Shown: piece by piece, positions 1 through 7,432 of the stretch
How positions within the stretch are numbered: the stretch's first letter is position 1
Layout of the letters: the number at the start of each line of letters is the position of its first letter
From: Candidatus Thorarchaeota archaeon
Lineage (GTDB): Archaea; Asgardarchaeota; Thorarchaeia; Thorarchaeales; Thorarchaeaceae
Reading direction: 5' to 3'
Assembly (NCBI GenBank): GCA_003345555.1
Contig: PRDJ01000061.1
Span: forward strand, 1-32,000
Length of the DNA: 32,000 bases
The notes under the pieces: generated by a model
What the model was told of the DNA's origin: nothing
The model's database searches: none
What the model saw: the letters and a program-made list of their open reading frames with translations, nothing else
Translations under genes and position numbers: made by a program

Positions 1-164
1 CAGTTATTACCCTTTTGATGATATAAACCGATTGAAATGCACAATAAGCGTTGATAATGCCCGGATTGCGTATCACAGTCAATGTGTACCATCTTCGTAA
101 TCGTGGAGAGTTATCACCGACCTGTAGGGTTTGGGACATGCTTAACACCTAAGGAAGCCAATAC

Positions 165-275
165 ATGTTCGAGGTGAGCTTGTTGTTCTGGTTCCGAGAC
201 GAGGATGACTTTGACGACGACTGGGACGACGAAGACGACTGGAGCGACGACGAGGATTTTGACGAGGACTGGTAG
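165..275 (+). CDS. Hyper-acidic microprotein, 36 aa (30-31 aa if started at TTG 183/180); not in the supplied ORF track
   Basis: Manual translation gives MFEVSLLFWFRDEDDFDDDWDDEDDWSDDEDFDEDW*. ATG at 165, TAG at 273-275, SD-like GAGGTGA at 171-177 just ahead of in-frame TTG codons. Third codon positions vary (GAC/GAT, GAG/GAA) while D/E is kept. A strong hairpin follows. Confidence 0.6.
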   Translation: MFEVSLLFWFRDEDDFDDDWDDEDDWSDDEDFDEDW

Positions 276-317
276 AATCGCCCCAGAAGGACAACGGTAA
301 CTACCTAGAACAAAGGC

Positions 318-355
318 GGAGGTGAGCTCTAGGGATTGGCCCTGAGCTCACTTCC
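318..355. terminator. Strong stem-loop between convergent genes (micro-ORF / MTAP); possible bidirectional terminator or 3'-end stabiliser
   Basis: GGAGGTGAGCTC (318-329) pairs with GAGCTCACTTCC (344-355) with one G-U pair; inner AGGG/CCCT stem closes a 5-nt loop. Confidence 0.6.
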
Positions 356-364
356 ATCTGTCCC

Positions 365-1225
365 TCAGAACAGACCGTGAAGCATGGCGGTCTGACAGGT
401 GCATGTTGCTTTCTTGGGAATCTTAGGAATCAGCTCATAGGTCAGCTTCCGAACTCGATCTATGTTGTTGGACATCGTTTTCAGAACCATTTCGTGAGTT
501 ACATGCTCGGTTCCATAGACGTCCTTGTCAGTGGGCATAGCTATGTTCAAATAGCACATCCCAGCTTCTCGTGCTAGCACGGATTCGGGATACGCCGTCA
601 TTCCAACGACGTCCCAGCCCTGATTGTGGAAGAATATCGACTCCGCATAAGTTGAGAATCTGGGACCGTTTATGCAGACGTATGTTCCCTTCTCGTGGAC
701 CTTGTAGGTGAGCTGCTTTGCGGTCTCCACCGTAAGCTTTCTCAGCTCGGGACAGTAAGGGCTCCCAAATGGAACATGGGCTATGGGTCCTCCGTCAAAG
801 AAAGTATCCTTTCTCTGGCCGAACGTCCTGTCGAAAATCTGGTCAACAATCACAAACTCTCCCAAGTCTATCCTCTCCGGCTGCAGACTCCCACATGCAC
901 AAGGACTGATTATCCTCTTGACACCAAGTGACTTCATTCCCCACACGTTCGCACGGTAGTTGATCATGTGAGGTGGAATGCGATGATTTCTGCAATGCCG
1001 CGCCAGAAACGCGAGAGTGCGTCCCTTCACTGTTCCCACGATGAAGTTGTCCGATGGTGCTCCATAGGGAGTGAAGACCTTAATCTCGACGGGATTCTCG
1101 ATTACAGTTGGGTCATAGTTGCCACTGCCCCCGAAGAGTCCCAGCTCAATTGGCAGCAGCTTCTCAATCTGGTCCTTCTGCTTTGGATCCACCAACACAT
1201 ACGCAGGTTTAGCTTCGAATGCCAT
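365..1225 (-). CDS. mtnP: S-methyl-5'-thioadenosine phosphorylase (PNP/MTAP family)
   Basis: GGSG start motif, TPYGAPS, RH..HRIPPH.INYRAN, ACGSL, GPRFSTYAES, VVGMT..PE..LARE, C-terminal CxC. Confidence 0.92.
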   Translation of the reverse strand: MAFEAKPAYVLVDPKQKDQIEKLLPIELGLFGGSGNYDPTVIENPVEIKVFTPYGAPSDNFIVGTVKGRTLAFLARHCRNHRIPPHMINYRANVWGMKSLGVKRIISPCACGSLQPERIDLGEFVIVDQIFDRTFGQRKDTFFDGGPIAHVPFGSPYCPELRKLTVETAKQLTYKVHEKGTYVCINGPRFSTYAESIFFHNQGWDVVGMTAYPESVLAREAGMCYLNIAMPTDKDVYGTEHVTHEMVLKTMSNNIDRVRKLTYELIPKIPKKATCTCQTAMLHGLF

Positions 1226-1388
1226 GTTTCGTCAACTCCGGAGACGGTTTCCCTGAGTTACTCCGTGCAGCCCTCCATTTATAGCTAATGAAGAACCGTA
1301 AGCCAGTCCCGTCACAACAGCGGAGGACAAGCGCTTTCCAAACCGAGACGTCATGCTGCGAAGAGTGAGATCCAAGCCTTTGTTAGCA

Positions 1389-3323
1389 TTACGAGAACCC
1401 AAGAAGCACGAGCCCATAGTGCACGATTCCACCAAGCACGATAGCGAGCGACACTTCAACGAAGCTAATCATTGCGGCTCGCTTCAAGCCGAACTCCTTA
1501 GCTAGGACCGCGATCGTCGCAATGCACGGAATGTAGATCATGACCACGAATGCAAACACAAACATCTGCACGGGTGTCATGACCAAAGCGAAGTTCGTCG
1601 TCCCCATTAGCGACGCGAGAAGAATCATCGTCATTTCCTTTCGCAGGATACCGAATATGAGAACGATTCCTGTCACTGCTGGTAAGCCTAACCACAGGAC
1701 GGTCACTGGACTCATGGCTAATTGGACAATCGAGAGCAGCCCCACTACATTGCTAAGTTGAATCAAGAAGTTGCCGACGATAATCAGAGGAAAGGCAGTG
1801 TAAACGAATTCCTTCAGATTGACCCAAGCCTTCTTCATTGTCTTGTCCAGACTGGGCCTCCGATAACGGGGCATCTCCATAACAAGACCAGTTGGCTCTC
1901 CGGGAAGCACCTTGAATGCTAGGCGGCTGAGAGCGAATATGATGATGAAGTCAATGATGTACAGAACCGCAGCCCATCCGAATCCTACGTAGACGGCGAC
2001 CATCCCCATGATGACGATGCTTCTCGCGGTACAAGGAACGAGGCTCGTTGCGAAAGCACATATCAAACGCTCACGTCCCGTTTCCATGATTCGACATCCA
2101 AGGCAAGCGGGGACATTGCAGCCAAAGCCAAGCATCAGGGGGATGAAACCCTTGCCGTGAAAACCAATCTTGTGCATCGCTGAATCCATTAGAAATGCTA
2201 TCCTTGCAAGGTAGCCTGTGTCTTCAAGAATCGACAGTGCGATAATGAAAGGTACTATGTACGGAATCGCAACGGTCGTACCTGCAACCACCCCTTCGAT
2301 TAGCCCGGCCCAGATGAACCCTGCAAAATCACCGGGAAATGAAGAATAGTAGGCAGACTTGATCTGCAGGAATCCTTGGTCTAAGAGTGAAGAAATATGT
2401 TCACCCAGAAAGAAGACGCTGTAGAACATGAAGACGATGACGAGTACCATCATCACATAGCCAATCGCGGAGTGCAGGGCGAGGCGATCCACGCGTTCTC
2501 CGAACGTCTGCTTACGGACATCGTGAGCGGTAACGTCGGAGGAGACTCTGTGAGCAATCGTATAGAGCTCAGAGGCTAGGGCACTCCCTGCATCTTCGCC
2601 CGTGACATTCTCGATCTCACTTCTGAGCCTCTGCACAACAGCTTCAATCTCCGGTTTCTCTTTGTAAACCAAAGCCTCGATTCCATTATCACCCTCAAGA
2701 AGTCTGAGTGCGGCCCACCTCTTCGGAAAGGAAAGATTCACTGCTTCGAGCGTGTCGGCCAGCTGACGGACTCTGCTCTCGAGATCTGAGCTATACTTGA
2801 TGGGACTGGACCGTTGATATCGACCAAGCGAAACTCGTATGACCTCATCCATAAGACTCTGAAGACCGAAATTCCTAGTACCTACAGTTGGAACGACCGG
2901 CACTCCCAAAATTCGTGCGAGGCGTTCCGAGTCTATATTGAGACCTTTGCGCTCAGCAACATCCACTTGGTTCAGCGCGACGACCATGTGCGGCTGGAGT
3001 TCGAGGAGTTCTAGTGTCAGGAATAGGTTTCTCTCTAAAGCAGCAGCGTCAACAACATTGATTAGAACATCAGGTGCGGACGATGTTATGTACTCGCGGC
3101 TTATGGACTCGTCAGTTGAATAGGCTGTAAGACCATAAGTGCCAGGCAGGTCCACAATGTCGAGAACGCGACCGCAAAAGGCCAACGTGCCCTCTGCCTT
3201 TTCGACAGTCTTGCCGGGCCAATTACTGACATGTTGATGGAGACCAGTCAACTGGTTGAATATCGCGCTCTTACCGACATTGGCATTTCCAATCAATGCG
3301 ATTGTCAGATGCTGGCTGGTCAT
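1389..3323 (-). CDS. feoB: Ferrous iron transport protein B
   Basis: G1 GNANVGKS, G2 NWPGKTVE, G3 DLPGTY, G4-like NQVD, gate motifs GFGCNVPA and PCTAR, PCIAT, many TM helices. ATG 3323 overlaps the upstream stop (ATGA), so it is the likely start rather than 3341. Confidence 0.96.
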   Translation of the reverse strand: MTSQHLTIALIGNANVGKSAIFNQLTGLHQHVSNWPGKTVEKAEGTLAFCGRVLDIVDLPGTYGLTAYSTDESISREYITSSAPDVLINVVDAAALERNLFLTLELLELQPHMVVALNQVDVAERKGLNIDSERLARILGVPVVPTVGTRNFGLQSLMDEVIRVSLGRYQRSSPIKYSSDLESRVRQLADTLEAVNLSFPKRWAALRLLEGDNGIEALVYKEKPEIEAVVQRLRSEIENVTGEDAGSALASELYTIAHRVSSDVTAHDVRKQTFGERVDRLALHSAIGYVMMVLVIVFMFYSVFFLGEHISSLLDQGFLQIKSAYYSSFPGDFAGFIWAGLIEGVVAGTTVAIPYIVPFIIALSILEDTGYLARIAFLMDSAMHKIGFHGKGFIPLMLGFGCNVPACLGCRIMETGRERLICAFATSLVPCTARSIVIMGMVAVYVGFGWAAVLYIIDFIIIFALSRLAFKVLPGEPTGLVMEMPRYRRPSLDKTMKKAWVNLKEFVYTAFPLIIVGNFLIQLSNVVGLLSIVQLAMSPVTVLWLGLPAVTGIVLIFGILRKEMTMILLASLMGTTNFALVMTPVQMFVFAFVVMIYIPCIATIAVLAKEFGLKRAAMISFVEVSLAIVLGGIVHYGLVLLGFS

Positions 3324-4090
3324 TGTGCATGCCCTCTCCACCTTCTGCCCGAATGCGGACCTGGAGGAGCACCATGCCTTGGCGCCTTACCCTCGCTAAT
3401 CTCGACGAATACGAAGGACGCAAGCCCTCTTCCAAGAGCAAGTCTCGTGTCCCTAACCGCAATCTCAACAGGTCCTTTGAAAGGCGCGACGTTTACTACC
3501 CTTAATCGTGTGCCTTGCGTGAGTCCCATGTCAAGAAGACGCTTGTACGCTCCATTTCCTGCCCTCACAAATGCAACGACAGCTTCCTCACCAGTCCTCA
3601 GGTTCGACAGCTGAGTCACGAGCCGTGGGCGATCGTTTGCCTTTTTCCTTGCGGCTACACAGTCATCGCAGTCCTTGACTTCGAGGGAACACGGTGGAAT
3701 GGGGTTGTGATCGTCAGGACATGTTGCGGGTTGGTCGAGAGCTCGACACATGGCGTCCGCAACATCATCAGAAAGGCTGTGCTCAAGTCGGCAAGCTTCA
3801 GCATGTACCTTTTCACGCTTGAGGCCCAAGGAGTCATGCAAGTAGCGTTCCAAGAGCCTATGCTTTCTTACGATCCTCTCAGCGTAGGCCATGCCCTTGC
3901 CCGTCAGCGTTGCACCCTTGTATGGCTCGTACTCGACGAGACCGTCTTCTGCTAATCGCTTGAGCATCTCAGTAACGCTAGGAGGAGAGACAGCCAGCTT
4001 CTCAGCGAGCTCTGTGGTTTTTGCTGGCTCGCCCGTCTCATTGAAGGCATGAATCGCCTCAAGATACTCTTGGACGCTGTCGGTGCTCAT
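3320..4090 (-). CDS. DtxR/MntR/IdeR-family metal-dependent repressor with C-terminal FeoA (SH3-like) domain
   Basis: QEYLEAI wHTH, SPPSVTEMLKRL, RKHRLLERYL, EACRLEH, CP..HNPIP; FeoA signature RLLDMGL..GT.LRVV..APFKGPVEIAVR..RLALGR. Confidence 0.93.
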   Translation of the reverse strand: MSTDSVQEYLEAIHAFNETGEPAKTTELAEKLAVSPPSVTEMLKRLAEDGLVEYEPYKGATLTGKGMAYAERIVRKHRLLERYLHDSLGLKREKVHAEACRLEHSLSDDVADAMCRALDQPATCPDDHNPIPPCSLEVKDCDDCVAARKKANDRPRLVTQLSNLRTGEEAVVAFVRAGNGAYKRLLDMGLTQGTRLRVVNVAPFKGPVEIAVRDTRLALGRGLASFVFVEISEGKAPRHGAPPGPHSGRRWRGHAQ

Positions 4091-4103
4091 GTTTCGTCAT
4101 GAT

Positions 4104-4146
4104 TTAGGTGGCCCTAACTTATTTATAGATATTTAGGTCGACCTAA
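4104..4146 (-). promoter_or_regulatory. Two DtxR-type palindromic operators flanking the TATA box of the regulator-feoB operon
   Basis: TTAGG-TGGC-CCTAA (4104-4117) and TTAGG-TCGA-CCTAA (4133-4146), 29 bp apart; minus-strand TATAAATA at 4120-4127, about 30 nt upstream of ATG 4090. Confidence 0.8.
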
Positions 4147-4378
4147 TTTCTCCTACGGACATGAATTCAGATGGATTTCGGACATGGGTTCATCGGGAAA
4201 AATGACATCGCGAGACAATCTCTCTTCGTCGGCTTGTGATTCCGTGATCTCAATCAGGAGAATGCCCTCCGATATTGCTCCTGATACCAACTACTCAGCA
4301 TTGGGTATTCTTGGGTCGCATGAGTTAAGAGCAGGAGTGTGGATGATTTGCATTCGCGTAGGGGATGGAGACTCGTAC

Positions 4379-5035
4379 ATGAATGGAGAGCTCGGCTTCG
4401 AGACAAGCCTCGCCGAATCCAGAACCGTGAGACTGGCCTTAGCCCTTGGCATCATTGGAGCCCTCCTCGGTCTTTGCATCGTCTTTCTTCAGATACTTCA
4501 AGTCGAAGTTGTTGCAGAGAGAGGATATGCGACGCTCCAATATATGGCCAGAGTGTCAAACGTCATTGGAATGGCCTCTGGGGCATTCATGACTGCCGCG
4601 TTTGTTGGAGTGATGAGGAAGCATCTGAGTCCCCTCGGGTTCCTGTTCGTGGCTGTGTATGCTATCCAATGGATTGTACACTATGCCTTCCAGTACCTGT
4701 TGTCGCTCTTGTTCTCATTGGGACTGGTCAACGTGTACCCTTTCCTGTCGGCAATGACATCCACTTTCCTAATCTCGGTCTTGAGCTATGCACTCTGGAC
4801 AATAAGAGCAGTTGCAGCAAACAAGACTTCGTTACTAGCCATCGTAGTACTACGGCCCCTGATACCATGGGGCTTCCTGATTTACTACGTGTACTGGGTG
4901 CCCGGTCTAGCGGAATTGGCGGGTTGGATTGGGTACGCCTTCTACTATATCCCATCCATAGTCATGTCGTTTCTTCTTGGGCTTGCATATCTCGTATTCT
5001 TCCTGAAAGAGTACCTTCAGTGGCAGGTTATCTAA
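4379..5035 (+). CDS. Hypothetical multi-pass membrane protein (about 6 TM)
   Basis: Long hydrophobic segments. ATG 4379 follows purine-rich GGGGATGGAG and is preferred over 4184, whose N-terminal extension looks non-coding. Confidence 0.7.
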   Translation: MNGELGFETSLAESRTVRLALALGIIGALLGLCIVFLQILQVEVVAERGYATLQYMARVSNVIGMASGAFMTAAFVGVMRKHLSPLGFLFVAVYAIQWIVHYAFQYLLSLLFSLGLVNVYPFLSAMTSTFLISVLSYALWTIRAVAANKTSLLAIVVLRPLIPWGFLIYYVYWVPGLAELAGWIGYAFYYIPSIVMSFLLGLAYLVFFLKEYLQWQVI

Positions 5036-5054
5036 TGCTGCCACCGAGGAGACG

Positions 5055-5726
5055 TCACTTCATCATGCGCCATGTCTTGTCAAGTGGATACTGAATCAGC
5101 CCAAGGAAACCCATGTGCGCCTTGACCTTGGACAACTGCTCATCCGAAATAACTACGTTGTTGTACTCTCTCAGGTACTTCTTGAGCTCGAGAGTGCTCA
5201 TCTCCTTTATCTTCTCACCTTGGAATATCTTAGTAATGAGGGCCGTCAAGTCCTCGTAGAAATTCCACGGCCATATCTCCCAAGCCCACGCAACTTCAAC
5301 GCCGAAGTAGTCAGGTACGAACTTAGAACCAGCAATGTGCATCAAAGTAGCTGACTTCACTTCGGACGCGCGCCCTTGTTCCTTCACATGGTTCACAGCC
5401 AGAGTGAGACTCTCTCCGGTGTCAGTGATGTCATCGACAACCAAGACCTTCTTGCCCTTCACATCGCCGCTCAGCGGGCATGAAATCCTAGCCTTTCCGT
5501 CCTTTGTGGCGGTGACACCCCAGTGATCCACCTTGATGCTGTAGAGCTCTTTGACGCCGAGCAGGTCACACTCTATCCGGGCATGAACCCATCCACCTCG
5601 TGCAATACCGACGATTGCTTGCGGCCTCCACCCCGAATCTCTGACCTTCATCGCAGTCTGGTATGCGTATTGATAGATATCATCAAAATCAAGAATGTAG
5701 CAGAGAGGTCCCTTGAGTTCTACCAT
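5055..5726 (-). CDS. Type I phosphoribosyltransferase (archaeal hypoxanthine/guanine/xanthine PRTase-like)
   Basis: IVGIARGGW, PRPP-binding loop VLVVDDITDTGESL, PDY....W..WPW tail. Start at ATG 5726 preferred over 5867. Confidence 0.88.
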   Translation of the reverse strand: MVELKGPLCYILDFDDIYQYAYQTAMKVRDSGWRPQAIVGIARGGWVHARIECDLLGVKELYSIKVDHWGVTATKDGKARISCPLSGDVKGKKVLVVDDITDTGESLTLAVNHVKEQGRASEVKSATLMHIAGSKFVPDYFGVEVAWAWEIWPWNFYEDLTALITKIFQGEKIKEMSTLELKKYLREYNNVVISDEQLSKVKAHMGFLGLIQYPLDKTWRMMK

Positions 5727-5910
5727 CGCGGCAACCCGTCTTTCAGCCGGAGCTGCGTTACTTAAAGGTTTGTTCTTAGCACCGCTCTCGAGCGGATCTC
5801 GATTCCGACAGGGAACCGATTTGAGTGTTGCAGCAACAGACTTTGTCTTGGCCTGCGCACTAATCAACCGACCTTACGACAACTCGATGAATCAATAGTG
5901 CATTGAATAC

Positions 5911-6429
5911 CTACTCGAACCCACTGACCGTCACTTGTCCTACAGGTCTGCTCCCGCCTCTGACCTCAGACACTCTAGCTGCAAACCCACCAACAAGCGC
6001 CCCCAGAAACCATGCGTAATATGAGACAATGCCCAGCTGACCGTAAGCAACCAGGTTCAGCCCGACAGCGACACCAATAGTTTCCCAGACCACAACGTCT
6101 GCCACAAATGATAACAAGACAAAGATGACACCTGCGATGATCCCTTTCACAAGAGCACATACCTGGAATCTAAGTGTACATCCGCCGCCAACGAGGTTCC
6201 TATATGTCGTGACCGCAACGACAATCGGCAACCCTGCAAGCAAAATCATGGTGAATGGTTCCTGACGGAGGACAATCGACGCCACATAACCGAGGATTGT
6301 GACTATCGGATAAAGCACCAACCAGGAAATTGGAATCCAAGACCAAGTATTAGGGGTGTGAGTCATCTGCAATGTTGTCGCCCCTCGATTCACAAAAGCA
6401 GAGCAAATCACCTCTTCGGTATGACACAA
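5911..6429 (-). CDS. Hypothetical small membrane protein (4 TM, Gly-rich); start may be ATG 6366
   Basis: Four hydrophobic stretches and GxxxG-like motifs (LGALVGGFAAR). Confidence 0.7.
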   Translation of the reverse strand: MCHTEEVICSAFVNRGATTLQMTHTPNTWSWIPISWLVLYPIVTILGYVASIVLRQEPFTMILLAGLPIVVAVTTYRNLVGGGCTLRFQVCALVKGIIAGVIFVLLSFVADVVVWETIGVAVGLNLVAYGQLGIVSYYAWFLGALVGGFAARVSEVRGGSRPVGQVTVSGFE

Positions 6430-6444
6430 TGAATATCGCGACAG

Positions 6445-7293
6445 TTACACCTTCAGTTCCCATAGAATTGAATCAACCCTGCCCGGCGTGTATCGAACAC
6501 GCACGGTGACTCCCTCGCCGCTCACAACTTTCGTCGGAGTCTCAATTGGAAGGAAGATATCCCTCCATCCGTCTTCCATGTGGAGCGCGATATCGTCAAG
6601 GAGCTTAGCCTTGAAGAATCCCACGAGACCATGCAGAGTCCCTTGCTCGGATATGTCAAAGCTTAGTTCACGGTCTACTGTCTGCGGCGATCTATGACTG
6701 CCAAAATCAAACGATACGAGATGTCTTGCAGCCGCCAAGTCTTTGAAATCGTCGAGACCGACAGTCTGCGGTACGCGCGGAAAGTGGAGCTCGGGAAGCT
6801 CGAACCTGCCCCAAGCTGCGGGACTTTCAACGGGAACGATCCATACTTCAGCACTCTCCGGAATCAATCTGCCTCCTTTCTTGAGAAGATGCTTCAGAGC
6901 ATGAGAACACGCTGGCACCTGCTGCTCAATGAGCATCATCGATGAAAGCATCTCACATACGACGAGGTCGGCTCGCTCTGTCGGGCGGAAGTCTGAAAAG
7001 TGTCCAACGAAGAACTCAACCCTGTCTTCGAGGCCATTCATTGATGCGGCTTTCCTAGCGTAGTCGATACATTCTGGGCTGATATCGACAGCGGTTACCT
7101 TTCTGGCTCCGGCCCTCGCTGCTAGGAACGAAAGAACCCCCGATCCCGTCCCGAGGTCAATGACGTAGCTGTTAGGCGTCACCAGCTGTTTCAGCGCCTC
7201 ATCGAACTTGTGAATTCGCGACCTATGATCTAGGAGACTTGCAGCATGGAGTACCGGAAAAGGAGTTGCATACTTGCTCTTTGGCATCGCCAT
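6445..7293 (-). CDS. Class I SAM-dependent methyltransferase with PRMT-like architecture (archaeal COG4076-like)
   Basis: Motif I VIDLGTGSGVLS, VTAVD, double-Glu-like loop VVCEMLSSMMLIEQ, GGRLIP, C-terminal beta-rich part with GTLHGLVGFF. Confidence 0.85.
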   Translation of the reverse strand: MAMPKSKYATPFPVLHAASLLDHRSRIHKFDEALKQLVTPNSYVIDLGTGSGVLSFLAARAGARKVTAVDISPECIDYARKAASMNGLEDRVEFFVGHFSDFRPTERADLVVCEMLSSMMLIEQQVPACSHALKHLLKKGGRLIPESAEVWIVPVESPAAWGRFELPELHFPRVPQTVGLDDFKDLAAARHLVSFDFGSHRSPQTVDRELSFDISEQGTLHGLVGFFKAKLLDDIALHMEDGWRDIFLPIETPTKVVSGEGVTVRVRYTPGRVDSILWELKV

Positions 7294-7432
7294 TCATGAG
7301 TAATGCTGACAATATAACAAAGCTCCTCTCGCATACTTGAGGGGTCGCTGCAAGAAAGCACGATTTTGGCACAGGGGTCTTGAACCGCACTGCCGATTTG
7401 TGAGTCTCATACTGCCATATAGTGAGATACTT

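Noticed and set aside
198-272. GAC-rich tract as a microsatellite or CRISPR-like repeat
   Set aside because: Units are irregular and vary at third codon positions while keeping D/E; there are no fixed repeats with unique spacers. Better explained as coding.
318-355. SECIS element in the mtnP 3' UTR
   Set aside because: No AUGA/GA core or archaeal GAA/A bulge in the right geometry, and no candidate in-frame UGA selenoprotein nearby.
1232-1459. 75-aa minus-strand ORF between feoB and mtnP
   Set aside because: Overlaps the feoB 3' end out of frame, spans the apparent mtnP promoter (TATAAAT near 1277-1283) and has no recognisable motifs.
4339-5094. 251-aa alternative-frame ORF
   Set aside because: Shadow of the membrane-protein gene; Arg/Ser/Pro/Cys-rich composition typical of an off-frame read.
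5782-5795. Palindrome CCGCTC-TC-GAGCGG upstream of the PRTase promoter
   Set aside because: Single short GC-rich copy with no cognate regulator or second site; cannot be distinguished from chance.
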